Source: Auanema rhodensis | Lineage: Eukaryota > Animalia > Nematoda | Direction: 5' to 3' | Assembly: GCA_964057225.1 (NCBI GenBank) | Contig: OZ059895.1 | Location: 19,220,001-19,284,000, forward strand | DNA: 64,000 bases | The notes under the pieces: model-generated | Seen by the model: only the letters and a program-made list of their open reading frames with translations | Told to the model about the DNA's origin: nothing | Databases searched by the model: none | Position numbers and translations under genes: made by a program | In this document: piece after piece, positions 41,901 through 57,539 of the stretch | How positions within the stretch are numbered: the first letter of the stretch is position 1 | How the letters are laid out: the number at the start of each line of letters is the position of its first letter

Positions 41901-44900
41901 TTCATGTAAATTTCAAAGTCATTGTTACCACGCACCAATATCAATAATGTTATGTTTTTTGACTAATATGGACATGGGGAATCTAATTTTGAAAACCGCA
42001 TCTCTTTATCTTTCACGGGAAGCGAGTTACATACCACGTGCACATCACGTGAACATTTAATTAGCATAAATTAAAGTTCACGTAAATTTCAAAGTCATGG
42101 TTACCATGCACCAATATCAATAAAAATTTGTTTTTAGACTAATATGGACATGGGGAATCTAATTTTGAAAACCGCATCTCTTTATCTTTCACGGGAAGCG
42201 AGTTACATACCATTTGCACATCACGTGTATATATAATTAGCATAAATTAAAGTTCACGTAAATTTCAAAGTCATGGTTACCATGCACCAATATCAATAAA
42301 AATTTGTTTTTAGACTAACATGGACATGGGGAATCTAATTTTGAAAACCGCATCTTTTTATCTTTCACGGGAAGCGAGTTACATACCATGTGCACATCAC
42401 GTGTACAATTAATTAGCATAAATTAAAGTTCACGTAAATTTCACAGTCATGGTTACCATGCACCAATATCAATAAAAATTTGTTTTTAGACTAATATGGA
42501 CATGGGGAATCTAATTTTGAGAACCGCATCTTTTTATCTTTCACGGGAAGCGAGTTACACACCATGTGCACATCACGTGTACATTTAGTTAGCATAACTT
42601 AAAGTTCACGTAAATTTCAAAGTCATGGTTACCATGCACCAATATCAATAAAAATTTGTTTTTAGACTAATATGGACATGGGGAATCTAATTCTGAAAAC
42701 CGCATCTCTTTATCTTTCACGGGAAGCGAGTTATTACATACCATTTGCACATCACGTGTATATATAATTAGCATAAATTAAAGTTCACGTAAATTTCAAA
42801 GTCATGGTTACCATGCACCAATATCAATAAAAATTTGTTTTTAGACTAACATGGACATGGGGAATCTAATTTTGAAAACCGCATCTTTTTATCTTTCACG
42901 GGAAGCGAGTTACATACCATGTGCACATCACGTGTACAATTAATTAGCATAAATTAAAGTTCACGTAAATTTCACAGTCATGGTTACCATGCACCAATAT
43001 CAATAAAAATTTGTTTTTAGACTAATATGGACATGGGGAATCTAATTTTGAGAACCGCATCTTTTTATCTTTCACGGGAAGCGAGTTACACACCATGTGC
43101 ACATCACGTGTACATTTAATTAGCATAACTTAAAGTTCACGTAAATTTCAAAGTCATGGTTACCATGCACCAATATCAATAAAAATTTGTTTTTAGACTA
43201 ATATGGACATGGGGAATCTAATTTTGAAAACCGCATCTTTTTATCTTTCACGGGAAGCGAGTTACATACCATGTGCACATCACGTGTACAATTAATTAGC
43301 ATAAATTAAAGTTCACGTAAATTTGAAATTCATGGTAACCATACACCGATATCAATAATGTTTTGTTTTTAGACTAATATGGACATGGGGAATCTAATTT
43401 TGAAAACCGCATCTCTTTATCTTTCACGGGAAGCGAGTTACATACCATTTGCACATCACGTGTACATTTAATTAGCATAAATTAAAGTTCATGTAAATTT
43501 GAAATTCATGGTAACCATACACCAATATCAATAAAAATTTGTTTTTAGACTGATATGGACATGGGGAAGCTAATTTTGAAAACGCATCTCTTTATCTTTC
43601 ACGTGAAGCGAGTTACATACCAAGTGCACATCACGTGTACATTTAATTAGCATAAATTAAAGTTCACGTAAATTTCAAAGTCATGGTTACCATGCACCAA
43701 TATCAATAAAAATTTGTTTTTAGACTAATATGGACATGGGGAATCTAATTTTGAAAACCGCATCTCTTTATCTTTCACGGGAAGCGAGTTACATACCATG
43801 TGCACATCACGTGTACAATTGATTAGCATAAATTAAAGTTCACGTAAATTTCAAAGTCATGGTTACCATACACCGATATCAATAATGTTTTGTTTTTAGA
43901 CTAATATGGATATGGGGAATCTAATTTTGAAAACCGCATCTCTTTATCTTTCACCGGAAGCGAGTTACATACCATTTGCACATCACGTGTATATATAATT
44001 AGCATAAATTAAAGTTCACGTAAATTTCAAAGTCATGGTTACCATGCACCAATATCAATAAAAATTTGTTTTTAGACTAATATGGACATTGGGAATCTAA
44101 TTTTGAAAACCGCATCTCTTTATCTTTCACGGGAAGCGAGTTACATACCATTTGCACATCACGTGTATATATAATTAGCATAAATTAAAGTTCACGTAAA
44201 TTTCAAAGTCATGGTTACCATACACTGATATCAATAATGTTATGGTTTTAGACTAATATGGACATGGGGAATCTAATTTTGAAAACCGCATCTTTTTATC
44301 TTTCACGGGAAGCGTGTTACATACCATTTGCACATCACGTGTATATATAATTAGCATAAATTAAAGTTCACGTAAATTTCAAAGTCATGGTTACCATGCA
44401 CCAATATCAATAAAAATTTGTTTTTAGACTAATATGGACATGGGGAATCTAATTTTGAAAACCGCATCTCTTTATCTTTCACGGGAAGCGAGTTACATAC
44501 CATTTGCACATCACGTGTACAATTAATTAGCATAAATTAAAGTTCACGTAAATTTCAAAGTCATTGTTACCACGCACCAATATCAATAATGTTATGTTTT
44601 TTGACTAATATGGACATGGGGAATCTAATTTTGAAAACCGCATCTCTTTATCTTTCACGGGAAGCGAGTTACATACCACGTGCACATCACGTGTACAATT
44701 AATTAGCATAAATTAAAGTTCACGTAAATTTCAAAGTCATTGTTACCACGCACCAATATCAATAATGTTATGTTTTTTGACTAATATGGACATGGGGAAT
44801 CTAATTTTGAAAACCGCATCTTTTTATCTTTCACGGGAAGCGAGTTACATACCATGTGCACATCACGTGTACAATTAATTAGCATAAATTAAAGTTCATG

Positions 44901-47900
44901 TAAATTTCAAAGTCATTGTTACCACGCACCAATATCAATAATGTTATGTTTTTTGACTAATATGGACATGGGGAATCTAATTTTGAAAACCGCATCTCTT
45001 TATCTTTCACGGGAAGCGAGTTACATACCACGTGCACATCACGTGTACATTTAATTAGCATAAATTAAAGTTCACGTAAATTTCACAGTCATGGTTACCA
45101 TGCACCAATATCAATAAAAATTTGTTTTTAGACTAATATGGACATGGGGAATCTAATTTTGAAAACCGCATCTTTTTATCTTTCACGGGAAGCGAGTTAC
45201 ATACCACGTGCACATCACGTGTATATATAATTAGCATAAATTAAAGTTCACGTAAATTTCAAAGTCATGGTTACCATACACTGATATCAATAATGTTATG
45301 GTTTTAGACTAATATGGACATGGGGAATCTAATTTTGAAAACCGCATCTTTTTATCTTTCACGGGAAGCGTGTTACATACCATTTGCACATCACGTGTAT
45401 ATATAATTAGCATAAATTAAAGTTCACGTAAATTTCAAAGTCATGGTTACCATGCACCAATATCAATAAAAATTTGTTTTTAGACTAATATGGACATGGG
45501 GAATCTAATTTTGAAAACCGCATCTCTTTATCTTTCACGGGAAGCGAGTTACATACCATTTGCACATCACGTGTACAATTAATTAGCATAAATTAAAGTT
45601 CACGTAAATTTCAAAGTCATTGTTACCACGCACCAATATCAATAATGTTATGTTTTTTGACTAATATGGACATGGGGAATCTAATTTTGAAAACCGCATC
45701 TCTTTATCTTTCACGGGAAGCGAGTTACATACCACGTGCACAACACGTGTACAATTAATTAGCATAAATTAAAGTTCATGTAAATTTCAAAGTCATTGTT
45801 ACCACGCACCAATATCAATAATGTTATGTTTTTTGACTAATATGGACATGGGGAATCTAATTTTGAAAACCGCATCTTTTTATCTTTCACGGGAAGCGAG
45901 TTACATACCATTTGCACATCACGTGTACAATTAATTAGCATAAATTAAAGTTCATGTAAATTTCAAAGTCATTGTTACCACGCACCAATATCAATAATGT
46001 TATGTTTTTTGACTAATATGGACATGGGGAATCTAATTTTGAAAACCGCATCTCTTTATCTTTCACGGGAAGCGAGTTACATACCATTTGCACATCACGT
46101 GTATATATAATTAGCATAAATTAAAGTTCACGTAAATTTCAAAGTCATGGTTACCATGCACCAATATCAATAAAAATTTGTTTTTAGACTAACATGGACA
46201 TGGGGAATCTAATTTTGAAAACCGCATCTTTTTATCTTTCACGGGAAGCGAGTTACATACCATGTGCACATCACGTGTACAATTAATTAGCATAAATTAA
46301 AGTTCACGTAAATTTCACAGTCATGGTTACCATGCACCAATATCAATAAAAATTTGTTTTTAGACTAATATGGACATGGGGAATCTAATTCTGAAAACCG
46401 CATCTCTTTATCTTTCACGGGAAGCGAGTTACATACCATGTGCACATCACGTGTACAATTAATTAGCATAAATTAAAGTTCACGTAAATTTCACAGTCAT
46501 GGTTACCATGCACCAATATCAATAAAAATTTGTTTTTAGACTAATATGGACATGGGGAATCTAATTTTGAAAACCGCATCTCTTTATCTTTCACGGGAAG
46601 CGAGTTACATACCATGTGCACATCACGTGTACAATTAATTAGCATAAATTAAAGTTCACGTAAATTTCACAGTCATGGTTACCATGCACCAATATCAATA
46701 AAAATTTGTTTTTAGACTAATATGGACATGGGGAATCTAATTCTGAAAACCGCATCTCTTTATCTTTCACGGGAAGCGAGTTATTACATACCATTTGCAC
46801 ATCACGTGTATATATAATTAGCATAAATTAAAGTTCACGTAAATTTCAAAGTCATGGTTACCATGCACCAATATCAATAAAAATTTGTTTTTAGACTAAC
46901 ATGGACATGGGGAATCTAATTTTGAAAACCGCATCTTTTTATCTTTCACGGGAAGCGAGTTACATACCATGTGCACATCACGTGTACAATTAATTAGCAT
47001 AAATTAAAGTTCACGTAAATTTCACAGTCATGGTTACCATGCACCAATATCAATAAAAATTTGTTTTTAGACTAATATGGACATGGGGAATCTAATTTTG
47101 AGAACCGCATCTTTTTATCTTTCACGGGAAGCGAGTTACACACCATGTGCACATCACGTGTACATTTAATTAGCATAACTTAAAGTTCACGTAAATTTCA
47201 AAGTCATGGTTACCATGCACCAATATCAATAAAAATTTGTTTTTAGACTAATATGGACATGGGGAATCTAATTTTAAAAACCGCATCTTTTTATCTTTCA
47301 CGGGAAGCGAGTTACATACCATGTGCACATCACGTGTACAATTAATTAGCATAAATTAAAGTTCACGTAAATTTGAAATTCATGGTAACCATACACCAAT
47401 ATCAATAAGAATTTGTTTTTAGACTGATATGGACATGGGGAAGCTAATTTTGAAAACGCATCTCTTTATCTTTCACGTGAAGCGAGTTACATACCAAGTG
47501 CACATCACGTGTACATTTAATTAGCATAAATTAAAGTTCACGTAAATTTGAAATTCATGGTAACCATACACCGATATCAATAATGTTTTGTTTTTAGACT
47601 AATATGGACATGGGGAATCTAATTTTGAAAACCGCATCTCTTTATCTTTCACGGGAAGCGAGTTACATACCATTTGCACATCACGTGTACATTTAATTAG
47701 CATAAATTAAAGTTCATGTAAATTTGAAATTCATGGTTACCATGCACCAATATCAATAAAAATTTGTTTTTAGACTAACATGGACATGGGGAATCTAATT
47801 TTGAAAACCGCATCTTTTTATCTTTCACGGGAAGCGAGTTACATACCATGTGCACATCACGTGTACAATTAATTAGCATAAATTAAAGTTCACGTAAATT

Positions 47901-50900
47901 TCACAGTCATGGTTACCATGCACCAATATCAATAAAAATTTGTTTTTAGACTAATATGGACATGGGGAATCTAATTTTGAGAACCGCATCTTTTTATCTT
48001 TCACGGGAAGCGAGTTACACACCATGTGCACATCACGTGTACATTTAGTTAGCATAACTTAAAGTTCACGTAAATTTCAAAGTCATGGTTACCATGCACC
48101 AATATCAATAAAAATTTGTTTTTAGACTAATATGGACATGGGGAATCTAATTCTGAAAACCGCATCTCTTTATCTTTCACGGGAAGCGAGTTATTACATA
48201 CCATTTGCACATCACGTGTATATATAATTAGCATAAATTAAAGTTCACGTAAATTTCAAAGTCATGGTTACCATGCACCAATATCAATAAAAATTTGTTT
48301 TTAGACTAACATGGACATGGGGAATCTAATTTTGAAAACCGCATCTTTTTATCTTTCACGGGAAGCGAGTTACATACCATGTGCACATCACGTGTACAAT
48401 TAATTAGCATAAATTAAAGTTCACGTAAATTTCACAGTCATGGTTACCATGCACCAATATCAATAAAAATTTGTTTTTAGACTAATATGGACATGGGGAA
48501 TCTAATTTTGAGAACCGCATCTTTTTATCTTTCACGGGAAGCGAGTTACACACCATGTGCACATCACGTGTACATTTAATTAGCATAACTTAAAGTTCAC
48601 GTAAATTTCAAAGTCATGGTTACCATGCACCAATATCAATAAAAATTTGTTTTTAGACTAATATGGACATGGGGAATCTAATTTTGAAAACCGCATCTTT
48701 TTATCTTTCACGGGAAGCGAGTTACATACCATGTGCACATCACGTGTACAATTAATTAGCATAAATTAAAGTTCACGTAAATTTGAAATTCATGGTAACC
48801 ATACACCGATATCAATAATGTTTTGTTTTTAGACTAATATGGACATGGGGAATCTAATTTTGAAAACCGCATCTCTTTATCTTTCACGGGAAGCGAGTTA
48901 CATACCATTTGCACATCACGTGTACATTTAATTAGCATAAATTAAAGTTCATGTAAATTTGAAATTCATGGTAACCATACACCAATATCAATAAAAATTT
49001 GTTTTTAGACTGATATGGACATGGGGAAGCTAATTTTGAAAACGCATCTCTTTATCTTTCACGTGAAGCGAGTTACATACCAAGTGCACATCACGTGTAC
49101 ATTTAATTAGCATAAATTAAAGTTCACGTAAATTTCAAAGTCATGGTTACCATGCACCAATATCAATAAAAATTTGTTTTTAGACTAATATGGACATGGG
49201 GAATCTAATTTTGAAAACCGCATCTTTTTATCTTTCACGGGAAGCGAGTTACATACCATGTGCACATCACGTGTACAATTAATTAGCATAAATTAAAGTT
49301 CACGTAAATTTGAAATTCATGGTAACCATACACCGATATCAATAATGTTTTGTTTTTAGACTAATATGGACATGGGGAATCTAATTTTGAAAACCGCATC
49401 TTTTTATCTTTCACGGGAAGCGTGTTACATACCATTTGCACATCACGTGTATATATAATTAGCATAAATTAAAGTTCACGTAAATTTCAAAGTCATGGTT
49501 ACCATGCACCAATATCAATAAAAATTTGTTTTTTGACTAATATGGACATGGGGAATCTAATTTTGAAAACCGCATCTTTTTATCTTTCACGGGAAGCGAG
49601 TTACATACCATGTGCACATCACGTGTACAATTAATTAGCATAAATTAAAGTTCATGTTAATTTCAAAGTCATTGTTACCACGCACCAATATCAATAATGT
49701 TATGTTTTTTGACTAATATGGACATGGGGAATCTAATTTTGAAAACCGCATCTCTTTATCTTTCACGGGAAGCGAGTTACATACCACGTGCACATCACGT
49801 GTACATTTAATTAGCATAAATTAAAGTTCACGTAAATTTCACAGTCATGGTTACCATGCACCAATATCAATAAAAATTTGTTTTTAGACTAATATGGACA
49901 TGGGGAATCTAATTTTGAAAACCGCATCTTTTTATCTTTCACGGGAAGCGAGTTACATACCACGTGCACATCACGTGTATATATAATTAGCATAAATTAA
50001 AGTTCACGTAAATTTCAAAGTCATGGTTACCATACACTGATATCAATAATGTTATGGTTTTAGACTAATATGGACATGGGGAATCTAATTTTGAAAACCG
50101 CATCTTTTTATCTTTCACGGGAAGCGTGTTACATACCATTTGCACATCACGTGTACATTTAATTAGCATAAATTAAAGTTCACGTAAATTTCAAAGTCAT
50201 GGTTACCATGCACCAATATCAATAAAAATTTGTTTTTAGACTAATATGGACATGGGGAATCTAATTTTGAAAACCGCATCTTTTTATCTTTCACGGGAAG
50301 CGAGTTACATACCATTTGCACATCACGTGTACAATTAATTAGCATAAATTAAAGTTCACGTAAATTTCAAAGTCATTGTTACCACGCACCAATATCAATA
50401 ATGTTATGTTTTTTGACTAATATGGACATGGGGAATCTAATTTTGAAAACCGCATCTCTTTATCTTTCACGGGAAGCGAGTTACATACCACGTGCACATC
50501 ACGTGTACAATTAATTAGCATAAATTAAAGTTCACGTAAATTTCAAAGTCATTGTTACCACGCACCAATATCAATAATGTTATGGTTTTAGACTAATATG
50601 GACATGGGGAATCTAATTTTGAGAACCGCATCTTTTTATCTTTCACGGGAAGCGAGTTACACACCATGTGCACATCACGTGTACATTTAATTAGCATAAC
50701 TTAAAGTTCACGTAAATTTCAAAGTCATGGTTACCATGCACCAATATCAATAAAAATTTGTTTTTAGACTAATATGGACATGGGGAATCTAATTTTGAAA
50801 ACCGCATCTTTTTATCTTTCACGGGAAGCGAGTTACATACCATGTGCACATCACGTGTACAATTAATTAGCATAAATTAAAGTTCACGTAAATTTGAAAT

Positions 50901-53900
50901 TCATGGTAACCATACACCGATATCAATAATGTTTTGTTTTTAGACTAATATGGACATGGGGAATCTAATTTTGAGAACCGCATCTTTTTATCTTTCACGG
51001 GAAGCGAGTTACACACCATGTGCACATCACGTGTACATTTAATTAGCATAACTTAAAGTTCACGTAAATTTCAAAGTCATGGTTACCATGCACCAATATC
51101 AATAAAAATTTGTTTTTAGACTAATATGGACATGGGGAATCTAATTTTGAAAACCGCATCTTTTTATCTTTCACGGGAAGCGAGTTACATACCATGTGCA
51201 CATCACGTGTACAATTAATTAGCATAAATTAAAGTTCACGTAAATTTGAAATTCATGGTAACCATACACCGATATCAATAATGTTTTGTTTTTAGACTAA
51301 TATGGACATGGGGAATCTAATTTTGAAAACCGCATCTCTTTATCTTTCACGGGAAGCGAGTTACATACCATTTGCACATCACGTGTACATTTAATTAGCA
51401 TAAATTAAAGTTCATGTAAATTTGAAATTCATGGTAACCATACACCAATATCAATAAAAATTTGTTTTTAGACTGATATGGACATGGGGAAGCTAATTTT
51501 GAAAACGCATCTCTTTATCTTTCACGTGAAGCGAGTTACATACCAAGTGCACATCACGTGTACATTTAATTAGCATAAATTAAAGTTCACGTAAATTTCA
51601 AAGTCATGGTTACCATGCACCAATATCAATAAAAATTTGTTTTTAGACTAATATGGACATGGGGAATCTAATTTTGAAAACCGCATCTTTTTATCTTTCA
51701 CGGGAAGCGAGTTACATACCATGTGCACATCACGTGTACAATTAATTAGCATAAATTAAAGTTCACGTAAATTTGAAATTCATGGTAACCATACACCGAT
51801 ATCAATAATGTTTTGTTTTTAGACTAATATGGACATGGGGAATCTAATTTTGAAAACCGCATCTTTTTATCTTTCACGGGAAGCGTGTTACATACCATTT
51901 GCACATCACGTGTATATATAATTAGCATAAATTAAAGTTCACGTAAATTTCAAAGTCATGGTTACCATGCACCAATATCAATAAAAATTTGTTTTTTGAC
52001 TAATATGGACATGGGGAATCTAATTTTGAAAACCGCATCTTTTTATCTTTCACGGGAAGCGAGTTACATACCATGTGCACATCACGTGTACAATTAATTA
52101 GCATAAATTAAAGTTCATGTTAATTTCAAAGTCATTGTTACCACGCACCAATATCAATAATGTTATGTTTTTTGACTAATATGGACATGGGGAATCTAAT
52201 TTTGAAAACCGCATCTCTTTATCTTTCACGGGAAGCGAGTTACATACCACGTGCACATCACGTGTACATTTAATTAGCATAAATTAAAGTTCACGTAAAT
52301 TTCACAGTCATGGTTACCATGCACCAATATCAATAAAAATTTGTTTTTAGACTAATATGGACATGGGGAATCTAATTTTGAAAACCGCATCTTTTTATCT
52401 TTCACGGGAAGCGAGTTACATACCACGTGCACATCACGTGTATATATAATTAGCATAAATTAAAGTTCACGTAAATTTCAAAGTCATGGTTACCATACAC
52501 TGATATCAATAATGTTATGGTTTTAGACTAATATGGACATGGGGAATCTAATTTTGAAAACCGCATCTTTTTATCTTTCACGGGAAGCGTGTTACATACC
52601 ATTTGCACATCACGTGTACATTTAATTAGCATAAATTAAAGTTCACGTAAATTTCAAAGTCATGGTTACCATGCACCAATATCAATAAAAATTTGTTTTT
52701 AGACTAATATGGACATGGGGAATCTAATTTTGAAAACCGCATCTTTTTATCTTTCACGGGAAGCGAGTTACATACCATTTGCACATCACGTGTACAATTA
52801 ATTAGCATAAATTAAAGTTCACGTAAATTTCAAAGTCATTGTTACCACGCACCAATATCAATAATGTTATGTTTTTTGACTAATATGGACATGGGGAATC
52901 TAATTTTGAAAACCGCATCTCTTTATCTTTCACGGGAAGCGAGTTACATACCACGTGCACATCACGTGTACAATTAATTAGCATAAATTAAAGTTCACGT
53001 AAATTTCAAAGTCATTGTTACCACGCACCAATATCAATAATGTTATGGTTTTAGACTAATATGGACATGGGGAATCTAATTTTGAAAACCGCATCTTTTT
53101 ATCTTTCACGGGAAGCGTGTTACATACCATTTGCACATCACGTGTACATTTAATTAGCATAAATTAAAGTTCACGTAAATTTCAAAGTCATGGTTACCAT
53201 GCACCAATATCAATAAAAATTTGTTTTTAGACTAATATGGACATGGGGAATCTAATTTTGAAAACCGCATCTTTTTATCTTTCACGGGAAGCGAGTTACA
53301 TACCATTTGCACATCACGTGTACAATTAATTAGCATAAATTAAAGTTCACGTAAATTTCAAAGTCATTGTTACCACGCACCAATATCAATAATGTTATGT
53401 TTTTTGACTAATATGGACATGGGGAATCTAATTTTGAAAACCGCATCTCTTTATCTTTCACGGGAAGCGAGTTACATACCACGTGCACATCACGTGTACA
53501 ATTAATTAGCATAAATTAAAGTTCACGTAAATTTCAAAGTCATTGTTACCACGCACCAATATCAATAATGTTATGTTTTTTGACTAATATGGACATGGGG
53601 AATCTAATTTTGAAAACCGCATCTTTTTATCTTTCACGGGAAGCGAGTTACATACCATGTGCACATCACGTGTACAATTAATTAGCATAAATTAAAGTTC
53701 ATGTAAATTTCAAAGTCATTGTTACCACGCACCAATATCAATAATGTTATGTTTTTTGACTAATATGGACATGGGGAATCTAATTTTGAAAACCGCATCT
53801 CTTTATCTTTCACGGGAAGCGAGTTACATACCACGTGCACATCACGTGTACATTTAATTAGCATAAATTAAAGTTCACGTAAATTTCACAGTCATGGTTA

Positions 53901-56500
53901 CCATGCACCAATATCAATAAAAATTTGTTTTTAGACTAATATGGACATGGGGAATCTAATTTTGAAAACCGCATCTTTTTATCTTTCACGGGAAGCGAGT
54001 TACATACCACGTGCACATCACGTGTATATATAATTAGCATAAATTAAAGTTCACGTAAATTTCAAAGTCATGGTTACCATACACTGATATCAATAATGTT
54101 ATGGTTTTAGACTAATATGGACATGGGGAATCTAATTTTGAAAACCGCATCTTTTTATCTTTCACGGGAAGCGTGTTACATACCATTTGCACATCACGTG
54201 TATATATAATTAGCATAAATTAAAGTTCACGTAAATTTCAAAGTCATGGTTACCATGCACCAATATCAATAAAAATTTGTTTTTAGACTAATATGGACAT
54301 GGGGAATCTAATTTTGAAAACCGCATCTCTTTATCTTTCACGGGAAGCGAGTTACATACCATTTGCACATCACGTGTACAATTAATTAGCATAAATTAAA
54401 GTTCACGTAAATTTCAAAGTCATTGTTACCACGCACCAATATCAATAATGTTATGTTTTTTGACTAATATGGACATGGGGAATCTAATTTTGAAAACCGC
54501 ATCTCTTTATCTTTCACGGGAAGCGAGTTACATACCACGTGCACAACACGTGTACAATTAATTAGCATAAATTAAAGTTCATGTAAATTTCAAAGTCATT
54601 GTTACCACGCACCAATATCAATAATGTTATGTTTTTTGACTAATATGGACATGGGGAATCTAATTTTGAAAACCGCATCTTTTTATCTTTCACGGGAAGC
54701 GAGTTACATACCATGTGCACATCACGTGTACAATTAATTAGCATAAATTAAAGTTCATGTAAATTTCAAAGTCATTGTTACCACGCACCAATATCAATAA
54801 TGTTATGTTTTTTGACTAATATGGACATGGGGAATCTAATTTTGAAAACCGCATCTCTTTATCTTTCACGGGAAGCGAGTTACATACCACGTGCACATCA
54901 CGTGTACATTTAATTAGCATAAATTAAAGTTCACGTAAATTTCAAAGTCATGGTTACCATGCACCAATATCAATAAAAATTTGTTTTTAGACTAATATGG
55001 ACATGGGGAATTTAATTTTGAAAACCGCATCTCTTTATCTTTCACGGGAAGCGAGTTACATACCATTTGCACATCACGTGTATATATAATTAGCATAAAT
55101 TAAAGTTCACGTAAATTTCAAAGTCATGGTTACCATGCACCAATATCAATAAAAATTTGTTTTTAGACTAACATGGACATGGGGAATCTAATTTTGAAAA
55201 CCGCATCTTTTTATCTTTCACGGGAAGCGAGTTACATACCATGTGCACATCACGTGTACAATTAATTAGCATAAATTAAAGTTCACGTAAATTTCACAGT
55301 CATGGTTACCATGCACCAATATCAATAAAAATTTGTTTTTAGACTAATATGGACATGGGGAATCTAATTTTGAGAACCGCATCTTTTTATCTTTCACGGG
55401 AAGCGAGTTACACACCATGTGCACATCACGTGTACATTTAGTTAGCATAACTTAAAGTTCACGTAAATTTCAAAGTCATGGTTACCATGCACCAATATCA
55501 ATAAAAATTTGTTTTTAGACTAATATGGACATGGGGAATCTAATTCTGAAAACCGCATCTCTTTATCTTTCACGGGAAGCGAGTTATTACATACCATTTG
55601 CACATCACGTGTATATATAATTAGCATAAATTAAAGTTCACGTAAATTTCAAAGTCATGGTTACCATGCACCAATATCAATAAAAATTTGTTTTTAGACT
55701 AACATGGACATGGGGAATCTAATTTTGAAAACCGCATCTTTTTATCTTTCACGGGAAGCGAGTTACATACCATGTGCACATCACGTGTACAATTAATTAG
55801 CATAAATTAAAGTTCACGTAAATTTCACAGTCATGGTTACCATGCACCAATATCAATAAAAATTTGTTTTTAGACTAATATGGACATGGGGAATCTAATT
55901 TTGAGAACCGCATCTTTTTATCTTTCACGGGAAGCGAGTTACACACCATGTGCACATCACGTGTACATTTAATTAGCATAACTTAAAGTTCACGTAAATT
56001 TCAAAGTCATGGTTACCATGCACCAATATCAATAAAAATTTGTTTTTAGACTAATATGGACATGGGGAATCTAATTTTGAAAACCGCATCTTTTTATCTT
56101 TCACGGGAAGCGAGTTACATACCATGTGCACATCACGTGTACAATTAATTAGCATAAATTAAAGTTCACGTAAATTTGAAATTCATGGTAACCATACACC
56201 GATATCAATAATGTTTTGTTTTTAGACTAATATGGACATGGGGAAGCTAATTTTGAAAACGCATCTCTTTATCTTTCACGTGAAGCGAGTTACATACCAA
56301 GTGCACATCACGTGTACATTTAATTAGCATAAATTAAAGTTCACGTAAATTTGAAATTCATGGTAACCATACACCGATATCAATAATGTTTTGTTTTTAG
56401 ACTAATATGGACATGGGGAATCTAATTTTGAAAACCGCATCTCTTTATCTTTCACGGGAAGCGAGTTAAATACCATTTGCACATCACGTGTACATTTAAT
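36000..56500. repeat. Domain of large, imperfect ~4-5.5 kb block duplications
   Basis: CAACACGTG at 36937/41691/45741/54544; TTAGTTAG G at 37834/42588/48048/55441; AATTGATTAG G at 38715/43821; AGACTGAT at 38441/43547/49007. Offsets 4754, 5106, 5460 and 12853 are each supported by two markers. Confidence 0.8.
48471..53085. repeat. ~2150-bp block duplicated at a 2463-bp offset
   Basis: TTCATGTTAA at 49651/52114 and AGACTGAT at 49007/51470. 2463 = 14x176-1. A 352-bp dimer duplication lies at the junction (~50590-51290). Confidence 0.85.
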
Positions 56501-57539
56501 TAGCATAAATTAAAGTTCATGTAAATTTGAAATTCATGGTTACCATGCACCAATATCAATAAAAATTTGTTTTTAGACTAACATGGACATGGGGAATCTA
56601 ATTTTGAAAACCGCATCTTTTTATCTTTCACGGGAAGCGAGTTACATACCATGTGCACATCACGTGTACAATTAATTAGCATAAATTAAAGTTCACGTAA
56701 ATTTGAAATTCATGGTAACCATACACCGATATCAATAATGTTTTGTTTTTAGACTAATATGGACATGGGGAATCTAATTTTGAAAACCGCATCTCTTTAT
56801 CTTTCACGGGAAGCGAGTTACATACCATTTGCACATCACGTGTACAATTAATTAGCATAAATTAAAGTTCACGTAAATTTCACAGTCATGGTTACCATGC
56901 ACCAATATCAATAAAAATTTGTTTTTAGACTAACATGGACATGGGGAATCTAATTTTGAAAACCGCATCTTTTTATCTTTCACGGGAAGCGAGTTACATA
57001 CCATGTGCACATCACGTGTACAATTAATTAGCATAAATTAAAGTTCACGTAAATTTCACAGTCATGGTTACCATGCACCAATATCAATAAAAATTTGTTT
57101 TTAGACTAATATGGACATGGGGAATCTAATTTTGAGAACCGCATCTTTTTATCTTTCACGGGAAGCGAGTTACACACCATGTGCACATCACGTGTACATT
57201 TAATTAGCATAACTTAAAGTTCACGTAAATTTCAAAGTCATGGTTACCATGCACCAATATCAAAAAAAATTTGTTTTTAGACTAATATGGACATGGGGAA
57301 TCTAATTTTGAAAACCGCATCTTTTTATCTTTCACGGGAAGCGAGTTAGATACCATGTGCACATCACGTGTACAATTAATTAGCATAAATTAAAGTTCAC
57401 GTAAATTTGAAATTCATGGTAACCATACACCGATATCAATAATGTTTTGTTTTTAGACTAATATGGACATGGGGAATCTAATTTTGAAAACCGCATCTCT
57501 TTATCTTTCACGGGAAGCGAGTTACATACCATTTGCACA

